Shown: positions 18,230 through 26,958 of the stretch, in pieces | How positions within the stretch are numbered: the first letter of the stretch is position 1 | Layout of the letters: each line of letters starts with the position of its first letter | Assembly (NCBI RefSeq): GCF_000020025.1 | Contig: NC_010628.1 | Location: 1,800,001-1,832,000, forward strand | Origin: Nostoc punctiforme PCC 73102 | Lineage (GTDB): Bacteria; Cyanobacteriota; Cyanobacteriia; Cyanobacteriales; Nostocaceae | Direction: 5' to 3' | Length of the DNA stretch: 32,000 nucleotides | The notes under the pieces: model-generated | Seen by the model: the letters and a program-made list of their open reading frames with translations, nothing else | The model's database searches: none | What the model was told of the DNA's origin: nothing | Position numbers and translations under genes: made by a program

Positions 18230-19411
18230 CAAAAGTGTTGAATGTTAAGAAAAATCCGATAAAAACAGCCCAAAATATGTTAAATTTTGGGCGGAAGATT
18301 AAAGTATATCTATTTAATAGTGATTATAAATTCATTTCCCAAGATTGTCAAAGATATCTTGAGAGGACTGCCAAAAAACGATTATCCAGTATTGAACAGT
18401 CGTCTGTTCTTTGAGTGCTGGTTATCTTATGCTATGGATAACAGCTTAACAAGTATGCGAGATTTATTTAACAGATTAAACAACACAGGATTTCCGGTAG
18501 ATATTTCTACTTTCTCTAAAGCAAACTTACATCGAAGTCAAAAACCTTTTCAAGAAATTTACCAAAAATTAAATGAATTAGTACAGAAGAAAGTTCAAAA
18601 AAAGTTACATGATAAATATGCAATTTGTCCAATAGATTCAACAATTATTACTCTCACAAGTAAATTGTTATGGGTACTAGGACACCATCAAGTAAAACTT
18701 TTCAGTTCTCTAAATTTAGCTACTGGAAGTCCATCAGATAACTTCATAAACTTTGGACATGACCATGACTATAAATTTGGTTGTAAAATGATGTCTAGTC
18801 TACCAAATAATGCTGTTGGTGTAATGGATAGAGGTTTTGCTGGATTAAAATTTATCCAAGAATTAGTCCAAGAAAACAAATACTTTGTTTTGCGGGTAAA
18901 AAACAATTGGAAGTTAGAATTTGAGGAGCAAACTGGATTAATTAAAGTTGGTGCATCTAATGATGCTCAAGCCTATAGAGTGATTAATTTTTGTGATTTA
19001 GAAACGAAAACTGAGTTTCGATTAGTAACCAATTTACCAACATTAGGAGAGGCTGCCGTTAGTGATTATGAAATCAGGGATATTTATCGATTGCGTTGGG
19101 GAGTTGAATTGTTGTGGAAGTTTTTGAAAATGCACTTAAAACTTGACAAGTTAATTACTAAAAATGTTAATGGTATCACCATACAAATTTACGTTACTTT
19201 AATAGCTTATCTAATTTTACAGATATTATCTGTACCACAACAATGGGGACATACGCTATTAGATAAATTCCGCTATTTACAATCTTGTATGTGTCAGAAA
19301 ATAAGTTATGTTCATTGGTTTGAAGAGATGATGTCATGTTGACTATTTTAGGCTTTTTAGAGTTAGTGTAACTAGATATGTAAACTTTTGTATCAGCATT
19401 CAACATTTCTG
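18230..19411 (+). mobile_element. IS4-family insertion sequence (1182 bp) with 9-bp target site duplication
   Basis: The imperfect terminal inverted repeats are caaaagtgttgaatgttaaga (from 18230) and, reverse-complemented from 19411, cagaaatgttgaatgctgata. The direct repeat CGTGATAGC is at 18221-18229 and 19412-19420. Confidence 0.85.
18287..19342 (+). CDS. IS4-family DDE transposase
   Basis: DDE candidates are CPIDST, VMDRGF and the Y-x2-R-x3-E-x6-K block YRLRWGVELLWKFLK. The track start at 18287 is TTG. GTG at 18320 is an alternative start. Confidence 0.8.
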   Translation: MGGRLKYIYLIVIINSFPKIVKDILRGLPKNDYPVLNSRLFFECWLSYAMDNSLTSMRDLFNRLNNTGFPVDISTFSKANLHRSQKPFQEIYQKLNELVQKKVQKKLHDKYAICPIDSTIITLTSKLLWVLGHHQVKLFSSLNLATGSPSDNFINFGHDHDYKFGCKMMSSLPNNAVGVMDRGFAGLKFIQELVQENKYFVLRVKNNWKLEFEEQTGLIKVGASNDAQAYRVINFCDLETKTEFRLVTNLPTLGEAAVSDYEIRDIYRLRWGVELLWKFLKMHLKLDKLITKNVNGITIQIYVTLIAYLILQILSVPQQWGHTLLDKFRYLQSCMCQKISYVHWFEEMMSC

Positions 19412-21185
19412 CGTGATAGCATACTAAGAGTTGATTTAAGTTTTGCCCAAGCAACTCCTGAACATTGGTTTGAAATAATTCTTCAGCCGCAGCATTAATC
19501 TGACAAATTTTACCGTTTTCATCTAAAACTAAAACAGTATCTGGAACAGTGTCAAGAGTAGTGATAAATAGACTTTTTGCTTGTTTGCGTGCTTCATCAA
19601 TAGCAACAATTTGTGGTAGAGTTGTCCAGCAAGCGATCGCTACCCCAATCAAAGAAAGCGTCACTAACAGAATAGCTAGTAAAGAGTTTTGAGGATTATC
19701 AGAAACTCTGCCTAATAAATCGCGGATAACCCAACTGCTTGTGGCAGTAATACAAATTAATGATACTAAAACGATCACCTGTAGTATCAGAAAATCTGAA
19801 TTGTTTCTACTAGACCAAGTGTAGTAACGCTGTGTCCACGATTCCAACTGTAATGGCGCAAACCTTAAGCGACGTAGCCCGACATCTCCTATCATCAGAA
19901 TAATGGGTAATAATAATCCCACTAAAAAATCTCTCCAATTCCAAGCTAAACCTCCTACTATTAGAACTACCGCTTCTACAAAGAAAAAACCAAGTGACCA
20001 CCAAGGCCATAACACCTGGGGTTTTCCCCGACACAGCCATAATCCCAGATGTAATCCCATAATGGACATCAGATAACAGGTGCCTGCTACTGTGACAAGT
20101 TGAGATACATTTCCCAAATTTAGACACAGCAAACTGATTAAAAAGGTAACGAAGATAGCAGGTCCAAGGACACCTTGACGGGAAACTAATGCAAATATGG
20201 AAGAAATCTGTCTGTCCAAGGCAAGTTGGTATAATATCCGAGGAGAGTTGGAAACTGCCGTAGCAGAACTTAGAAGGCAAGATACAGTAATCAAAAGTGT
20301 TACTAGAAAAGAGGCAGATTCACCCCAAAAAGGCTTAGAAGCCGCGACTAAATTTAAGAACGCATCTTCACCTATTGTTGGATTTGGAGCCGAACACATT
20401 AATACCCAAGAACCACCTAAAAATACTGGAGGAATTAGCCAAGCAGCTACGGTTAAGAACTTTAAAGTTTTATATGGATGGTGGCTATCAGCAACAAAAG
20501 AAGAAGTGGTTTCGCAAGCATAAATTGAGTAGCTAGCCAGAAAAAACCACTTTGCCCATTCTTGAAAGCTCAGACTATGTGTGCTAGTTGAGATAAGTTT
20601 AAAACTAGTAGGTGAGGAGGCGAACCATAACACACCTTGAATAGAAAATAAAAGCAGTAATAAAATCGCTGGGAATACAAAAAATAAATGCAGGAGCGCT
20701 AAAGCACGAGTGCCACTGAACGCTAAAATAAAAGGAATTGCTGTAAATAGAACTTTTAATAAAGTTTCTGGACAAGAAATACCTAATGTTTCAAAATTGA
20801 CTTTAATTAGGTTTGTCAGAATAATTGCATACAGTGCCGGTGCTGCTGCCCAGCTAAAAAAGTATCCTAATGCTACGTAACGACCGAAGCCAGGAAAATT
20901 TTTTAATAGCCTTGTGGTGTAATTCGGTGTTCCTCCAGCGATATCTGGCCAATGTCTACCTAGACTTTGTACCTGCAAGTTCAGTAAGAAGGAAACGATC
21001 GTGCCAACAAACCAAACTAAAATCGCTTTAGGCCCTAACGCCGCATGAATAATAGGGGCAGTACCAATCCATCCCACATGACCCGTTAAGCCAAAGCCCC
21101 AGGTTTCGAGATAACTCAGAGTCCGTGGTAAACGTATTACCAAGTTCTGATTTTTCTCTGTCGGTATAGAATTTTGAGTAAGCAT
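19194..21185 (-). pseudogene. 5' part of the IS-split signalling gene: APC-type permease-like membrane domain plus N-terminal half of PAS
   Basis: About 500 aa of multi-helix membrane domain carry an APC-like WPDIAGGTPNYT motif, followed by LDTVPDTVLVLDENGKICQINAAAEELF (PAS start). The native sequence ends at 19412. The last ~72 codons (19194-19411) are read-through into the antisense of the IS. Confidence 0.8.
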
Positions 21186-21419
21186 TGTTTCTTAGTAAGA
21201 TTTACTGACCTTTTCACTCAATAGCCGAATCTCACTGCATATAGCTTCCGTATAACTGCTGGACTTATATAAAAGATAACTTACTTATAGCAATACTATC
21301 TAATTTATGAAAATTCGTGCCGTCCAGATCCCCGGCAACTTTTACGAAGTCGGGGATCTAATCTTTAATGAATGATTTAGGACTGCTATATTACCCTCAT
21401 TAGCTTACTGCTTAGGTCT

Positions 21420-22328
21420 TTATAGCTTTTGCAATAACTCCTGAGTTAACTGAAAAAACGCTTTTGAACCAGCTGATTGGGGAGCATTTAAAACAGCTGG
21501 CATAAAACTATCAACAGCCTTAGCAACATTGACATCAACTGGTATTTGTACTTTACAAATTTTCTCTACACCGAAATCTTCTACAACGCGGTGCATCACT
21601 TGTTTATAGTATCTGCCCGTGAGAAGGTTAGCAGTAGACATGCTGAATACAATTCCCAGCATTTTTATATCTATTTTGGTTTCATGTCCATGACTATCTT
21701 TTAATTGGGCGATGCGTCTTTCTAGTAGTTGAATACCCACCACAGATAAGGGTTCTGGTTTTGCAGGAAGTATGTAGAAATCGCTGGCAGCTAAAGCGCT
21801 ACGAGTTAATAAATTATATCCAGGGGCACAATCGAGAAGGATAAAATCATATTCTTGACGCACTGGTTTTAAAATATTATTAATCAGGACTCTTTCAAAG
21901 CGATTCCAAATCGTTTCAAAGTCCTGTTCTCCTAGTGCAGTCGCTTGTTGATGTAGCATTTCTGATACAACAAATTCATCATACAAGTCAATATCTCCTG
22001 GTAATAAATCCAGTCCGGGAAGATTACAAACCTGGGATTGAATGATATCTTGAATTGTGAGTTTTGCTTGTGGGTCTGGATTGATAACTTCGTCGATCAG
22101 ATATCTAAATGTCTTGCTTTGTTTACGACGCTTGGCAAAATCTAAAGGCGACATCAAACTGAGTGTGGCGCTAATTTGGCTGTCTAAATCAAGGACAAGC
22201 ACCCGCTTGCCATGATTTTTAGCTAAACAGGTAGCTAAGTTGACGGTGAGGGTGGTTTTACCAACGCCACCTTTCATGTTTGCAGTAGCAATTACATATC
22301 CCATTGGTTGAGTCCTCTGTTGACGCAT
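21420..22328 (-). CDS. ParA/MinD-family P-loop ATPase
   Basis: 302 aa. It has the deviant Walker A MKGGVGKTT with the signature Lys, then VLDLDSQ and LLDCAPG. The alternative start Met9 is at 22304. Confidence 0.8.
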   Translation of the reverse strand: MRQQRTQPMGYVIATANMKGGVGKTTLTVNLATCLAKNHGKRVLVLDLDSQISATLSLMSPLDFAKRRKQSKTFRYLIDEVINPDPQAKLTIQDIIQSQVCNLPGLDLLPGDIDLYDEFVVSEMLHQQATALGEQDFETIWNRFERVLINNILKPVRQEYDFILLDCAPGYNLLTRSALAASDFYILPAKPEPLSVVGIQLLERRIAQLKDSHGHETKIDIKMLGIVFSMSTANLLTGRYYKQVMHRVVEDFGVEKICKVQIPVDVNVAKAVDSFMPAVLNAPQSAGSKAFFQLTQELLQKL

Positions 22329-22560
22329 TCACATCTAGGTAGCGTACACCTCTCTCGATTTATTAAATCTTCCATTAAATTTAATATTTTTGGAAACTCA
22401 ACGAAGAGGCAGGGGGCAGGAAGCAGGGGGAAGAGGGAAATGACCACTTCTTCATGCCGTGGGTGGATTTACCTGCTGCTGTACTACTTAAATTGCTATC
22501 ACTTTAGTTAAAACCTAGATACCATTAGATTCGGCGTGTTTACTGTTCGGGAGTGCCAAA

Positions 22561-23733
22561 ATGTCTAAACAGCTGGGTCAAAAAATTGCACCTACACCTA
22601 TATCAAATGATATCAATGTAGTGGATTTGATCGATCAATACTTCACTGCCTATAACTCAGCGCGGTTGCGGGAAATCTGCCAACTTCTGAGTCGTGATGT
22701 GCTAACCGAAGGTGTTACTGTCGGAGTTAGCCTTTCCGGTGCGATGACACCAGCAGGATTTGGGGTTTCAGCGCTTGCACCCTTAATTCGCAACGGCTTT
22801 ATTGATTGGATGATTAGTACTGGTGCAAATCTTTACCACGATATGCACTACGGTTTGGGTTTTGAACTCTTTGCTGGTAATCCCTTTTTGGATGATGTGA
22901 AACTGCGTCAGGAAGGGACTATTCGCATTTATGACATTATTTTTGGTTACGATGTACTACTAGAAACTGATGCGTTCATCCGCAAGATTCTGCAAGGCGA
23001 AGCGTTTCAGAAGCGGATGGGAACTGCTGAGTTTCACTATTTGTTGGGTAAGTATGTTCGGGAAGTAGAAAAGCAACTGGGTGTGCAGCATTCCTGCTTA
23101 CTTGCTACAGCTTATGAGTATGGCGTGCCTATATATACGTCTTCTCCAGGAGATAGCTCTATTGGGATGAACGTGGCGGCTTTGGCTTTGGAAGGTTCGC
23201 AGTTGGTGTTAGATCCATCAATTGATGTAAATGAAACTGCTGCGATCGCATATAATGCCCGTGAGTCAGGTGGTAAAAGTGCGGCTGTAATTCTCGGTGG
23301 TGGTAGTCCTAAGAACTTTTTACTACAAACTCAACCGCAACTTCATGAGGTATTAGGACTAGAAGAACGAGGACATGATTACTTTGTGCAGTTTACCGAT
23401 GCACGTCCAGATACAGGCGGTTTGTCTGGAGCAACCCCATCAGAAGCCGTTAGCTGGGGTAAAATTGACCCGGAAGAGTTACCTAACACAATTGTTTGTT
23501 ATACCGATAGTACGATCGCTCTACCACTAGTAACAGCATACGTCTTGAATAAGTGCCAGCCTCGTCCCCTGAAGCGTATCTACGACAAGCGAGAAGCCAT
23601 TTTGGATAAATTGCAAAAAGACTATCTAGCAGCCAAAACCCAACCATCGGATCAGGTTCCCGCAGCAGTGGCTGAAAGTGCCCAAAAGCAAACAGCGACT
23701 TATCCCTGTGGGCGGCTGATTCCGAATACGTAG
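22561..23733 (+). CDS. Deoxyhypusine synthase-like protein (candidate homospermidine synthase, SpeY-type)
   Basis: 390 aa. The DHS-family blocks are [19 protein letters not shown] and SEAVSWGKI (compare EAVSWGKI in eukaryotic DHS). A DHS homologue is the homospermidine synthase of Anabaena as I recall it. Confidence 0.75.
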   Translation: MSKQLGQKIAPTPISNDINVVDLIDQYFTAYNSARLREICQLLSRDVLTEGVTVGVSLSGAMTPAGFGVSALAPLIRNGFIDWMISTGANLYHDMHYGLGFELFAGNPFLDDVKLRQEGTIRIYDIIFGYDVLLETDAFIRKILQGEAFQKRMGTAEFHYLLGKYVREVEKQLGVQHSCLLATAYEYGVPIYTSSPGDSSIGMNVAALALEGSQLVLDPSIDVNETAAIAYNARESGGKSAAVILGGGSPKNFLLQTQPQLHEVLGLEERGHDYFVQFTDARPDTGGLSGATPSEAVSWGKIDPEELPNTIVCYTDSTIALPLVTAYVLNKCQPRPLKRIYDKREAILDKLQKDYLAAKTQPSDQVPAAVAESAQKQTATYPCGRLIPNT

Positions 23734-23831
23734 GGAGCAGGAAAGGATTAGGGGACGAGGGAGACAAGGGGCACAAGGAGGACAAGGGGGAAATTATTGA
23801 ACAAGTCTCTCCTCTCCCTTGTCTCCTCTCT

Positions 23832-23866
23832 ATGCCCAATGCCCAATGCCCCATGCCCCATGCCCC
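23832..23866. repeat. Heptanucleotide tandem repeat (5 copies: ATGCCCA x2, ATGCCCC x3)
   Basis: Counted by hand from 23832. It resembles the STRR-type heptamer repeats of heterocystous cyanobacteria. Confidence 0.8.
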
Positions 23867-24332
23867 TCATCCCTTTTGCCCAACCAAAAAATAAGTTGTC
23901 ATTTTCCCTTTCCCTTTAACTTCGATTTCACCCCGCTTTTGAAATAAAAATTTATTACACAAGGACTTATAAATATCTTCTGTAACCTGGATTTTACCAA
24001 CAATACCTTGAGATTCCATGCGGCTAGCGATGTTTAGCGTGTCTCCCCAGAGATCGTAAGCAAATTTGTTGAGGTCAATTACTCCCGCCACTACGGAACC
24101 ACTATGGATGCCGATACGGTTGTTGAAGTTTTGGTTATTTTCAGTATTAAATAGAGCGATCGCTTGAGTATGATCTGGGCGGCGTGTAGGTAAGCCACCA
24201 ACTACCATATAAGCATCGTTAATAGTCTTGATTCTCTTCAAACCATGTTGTTCAGTGAGGCGATCGAAAGTTGAGAAAATCGAGTTGAGTAAGTTTACAA
24301 CTTGAATTGCACTCATACAAGTGAACCGAAAT
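23867..24332 (-). pseudogene. N-terminally truncated class III adenylate/guanylate cyclase catalytic domain
   Basis: The homology covers VNLLNSIFSTFDRL..HGLKRIKTINDAYMVVGGLP..GIHSGSVVAGVI..YDLWGDTLNIASRMES. The first metal-binding strand (FxDIxGFT) and all upstream domains are missing. The conserved Gly residues are changed (TIGDAY is TINDAY here, VIG is VID here). Confidence 0.7.
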
Positions 24333-24333
24333 A

Positions 24334-24472
24334 TAATCATGGTCATGCCCAAAGTTGATGAAGTTACCTTCTGGACTCCCAGTAGCTAGATTTAAAGAAC
24401 TGAAAAGCTTGACTTGATGATGTCCTAGTACCCACAACAACTTGCTGGTTAAAGTAATAATTGTTGAATCAA
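24334..24472 (-). mobile_element. Internal relic (~139 bp) of an IS4-family transposase gene related to the copy at 18230-19411
   Basis: The reverse complement aligns by eye, with scattered mismatches, with 18638-18773 of the intact IS. It encodes DSTIITL..LLWVLGHHQVKLFSSLNLATGSP..NFINFGHDHDY. No IS ends are present. Confidence 0.8.
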
Positions 24473-24618
24473 TTTATGATTTCAGTCCACTTGAGTGGAC
24501 TTTGGCTATCAGCCTTGCACTTCAGTGTAGGATGGGATATCGAGCAAGTGCGATACTTTAAAAAGTATAAAAAATTATTCTGTAATATAATAATTGTGCT
24601 TTTTATTAAATATCGTTT

Positions 24619-25782
24619 ATGCCTTATCGCAGAAAATTTTTAAAAAGAGCAGGATACACAACCCTTTCTGCCTTATTGACTATGGGGTTTTTACAAAAGG
24701 ATAGGCAGAAGGAAGATGGTAGCACAAATGCTGCTACGGCAAATTATCTAAGTGCAAGTGCAAATGTCAATTCTCCCCTTCGGCAATTAGCAGCTGCCAA
24801 AGGGAAGCTTTATGGCGCAGCAGTTTCTAGTGAATTTTTGCTACAAGAGAAGGGTTACGCTGACCTAATTGCTCGTGAATGTTCGATAGTGACACCAAAT
24901 GGTGAATTAAAATGGAACGCCACTGAACCACAGCCAGGAAAATTTACTTTTGAGTCAGCAGATGCGATCGCTGGTTTCTGCCAAAAGCATAATATACAAT
25001 TGCATGGGCATACCCTTTTCTGGCACATGGGAAAACCAGACTGGCTACCTTACCCCCCCACTCTTAAAATGCTAGAACGCCATATTAAAGGAGTTATGGG
25101 GCATTATCGCAATAGCCCTGTTTTAAAGTCTTGGGATATTGCCAATGAAATTATCGCTGATAGTGAAAATGAAACTGATAATGCTACCTACGGTTTGCGT
25201 AAAGGGGTAAAACGAGAATTAATTCGAGATTTGTTTTTAATTGCGGCTTCAGTTGATAACACCAAGAAATTTTACCTAAACGATTTCGGCATCGAAGGCG
25301 CTACATGGAAATCAGATCGTTTCTTAAAAATGGTCGAATATCTGAAGAATAGTGACGTTAAAATTGATGGTGCAGGTATACAGTCACATCTATGGTTTTC
25401 TACTGCTTATGGTTTTGATAAGAAAGGATTTAATTCTGTCTTAAAACGGCTTAACGATCTTCAAGTTAAACCAATAATCACAGAATTAGACATTATCATT
25501 GATGCCCCACTGCCTGATAGTATTAAAAAGCTAGATCAGATGGTAGCCGACAGTTACAAGCGATATCTTGACCTCTGCTTTGCGGCTGGAGTTGATACTG
25601 TAATTACATGGGGAATCACCGACCGTCATACCTGGATACGTCATCCCGACTGGATGCCAGGAAAAACCTTTAGAAACAATCCAAGTCTTTGGAAATTTCT
25701 GCGTCCACTTCCCTTCGATGAAAACCTGCAACCTAAACTTGCTCGCAACGCTATTGCCCAGGCTTTTCAGCAAGCAACTTAA
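24619..25782 (+). CDS. GH10-family glycoside hydrolase (endo-1,4-beta-xylanase-like) with Tat signal
   Basis: 387 aa. The twin-arginine motif is YRRKFLKRAG. The GH10 blocks are LHGHTLFWH, WDIANE (acid/base Glu) and ITELDI (nucleophile Glu). Confidence 0.8.
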   Translation: MPYRRKFLKRAGYTTLSALLTMGFLQKDRQKEDGSTNAATANYLSASANVNSPLRQLAAAKGKLYGAAVSSEFLLQEKGYADLIARECSIVTPNGELKWNATEPQPGKFTFESADAIAGFCQKHNIQLHGHTLFWHMGKPDWLPYPPTLKMLERHIKGVMGHYRNSPVLKSWDIANEIIADSENETDNATYGLRKGVKRELIRDLFLIAASVDNTKKFYLNDFGIEGATWKSDRFLKMVEYLKNSDVKIDGAGIQSHLWFSTAYGFDKKGFNSVLKRLNDLQVKPIITELDIIIDAPLPDSIKKLDQMVADSYKRYLDLCFAAGVDTVITWGITDRHTWIRHPDWMPGKTFRNNPSLWKFLRPLPFDENLQPKLARNAIAQAFQQAT

Positions 25783-25966
25783 TACTCATTTAGACGTAAA
25801 TAGCGCTTTTAAATGTCATTTTGAACTCAGGATGTGGGGATATTCTTCCTTATTGACAATGATGAAAGATAAAGTATGTGGCGTAATTAGTAATTAAACT
25901 TAATACAGTATTTCATAAATTTGTGACAAATTGAGTGACGTACTGGTGAGGCTGGACGAAACTCAA

Positions 25967-26791
25967 TTATGCTACAAACTTGTGGAATCTTGTAGTGAGA
26001 AATAACAACATTCTATTTTTTTTTTGTTGACTTGGCACACTCCAAATTTCTCGTAAAAATAATGTAGCTACAAACCAAGGCTCAAGCAAGTAACGTCTCC
26101 AAAGTCTTTTCGGTTCAGATAATAAGCGATACAACCATTCCAATCCAACCCTTCCCATCCAGCGAGGAGGAGTAGGTAATGCTCCTGCTACATAGTCCAT
26201 ACAGGCTCCACTAGTCAAAATAGTGTTGGTATGAATATATTCCAGATTTTCCGAAATCCAATACTCTTGGCGTGGCATACCCATCCCCACCATTAATACA
26301 TGAGGTTTGTAAGCATTAATTGCAGCCAGAGTCGCAAGATTTTCTTCACTATCTTTATCCATATCAATATAGCCATGAGCGCAAGCAATCTGTAAACCAG
26401 GAAATTTCTGGCGCAAAATACTTGCTCCTTGTTCTGCCACTCCTGGCCTTGAACCTAAATAGAATACACGCCAGTCTTTATTAGCTGCTTCTGCCATCAG
26501 AGGCCATACCCAGTCAGCATAGGTTACTCTTTGTTCTCGTTTCATTGGAAAACCTAACAACTTTCCAATAAACAATAGAGGCATACCATCAATATGAATA
26601 TATTCAGCCTTGGCATAAAACGCTTGCATTTTTGGATCGTTATGAAAGAGATAAAGACTATGCAAGTTGTGATTAGCAATAATCCATTTCTCGGTTTTTT
26701 CAATAGACTCTTCAATTAATAAATTTAACTCTGGGATAGAGAGTGCATCAACTTTAACACCAAGAAGCTTATAAGAAAATCGATTTTTCAT
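25967..26791 (-). CDS. WecB/TagA/CpsF-family (GT26) glycosyltransferase
   Basis: 274 aa. The hallmarks are LLGVKVDALS, DGMPLL, YLGSRPGVAEQ, VGMGMPRQEYW and GLEWLYRLLSEPKRLWRRYL. Confidence 0.8.
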   Translation of the reverse strand: MKNRFSYKLLGVKVDALSIPELNLLIEESIEKTEKWIIANHNLHSLYLFHNDPKMQAFYAKAEYIHIDGMPLLFIGKLLGFPMKREQRVTYADWVWPLMAEAANKDWRVFYLGSRPGVAEQGASILRQKFPGLQIACAHGYIDMDKDSEENLATLAAINAYKPHVLMVGMGMPRQEYWISENLEYIHTNTILTSGACMDYVAGALPTPPRWMGRVGLEWLYRLLSEPKRLWRRYLLEPWFVATLFLREIWSVPSQQKKNRMLLFLTTRFHKFVA

Positions 26792-26958
26792 GACTGAAAG
26801 AATTTTTGTTTTTATAATTATGAAAGTTGGTTTCAGAAGAAAGGCGAGTATTTAAAAATTAAGTAATAGCAATATTTAAATATTTCAAATTTCCAATGCT
26901 AAAAAAATTAAATTTAAATTTTTTAGGCCGATATATTCTTTGAAATAAATAAATTTCA

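Noticed and set aside
19810-20523. ORFs 19810-20280 (-) and 20197-20523 (+) inside the permease-like domain.
   Set aside because: They are alternative-frame or antisense ORFs within a long, coherent membrane-protein reading frame.
21420-22328. ParA-like gene as McdA (carboxysome positioning).
   Set aside because: There is no McdB-like small ORF downstream and no carboxysome genes nearby. The classical KGGxGKT signature alone does not discriminate.
22308-22511. A 67-aa ORF in the parA / DHS-like intergenic region, and the 60-aa ORF at 24461-24643.
   Set aside because: They cover repeat-rich promoter DNA. There is no ribosome-binding context or recognisable sequence.
23483-23854. A 123-aa minus-strand ORF.
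   Set aside because: It is antisense to the 3' end of the deoxyhypusine-synthase-like gene and then runs through heptamer and purine-rich repeats. The translation is low-complexity.
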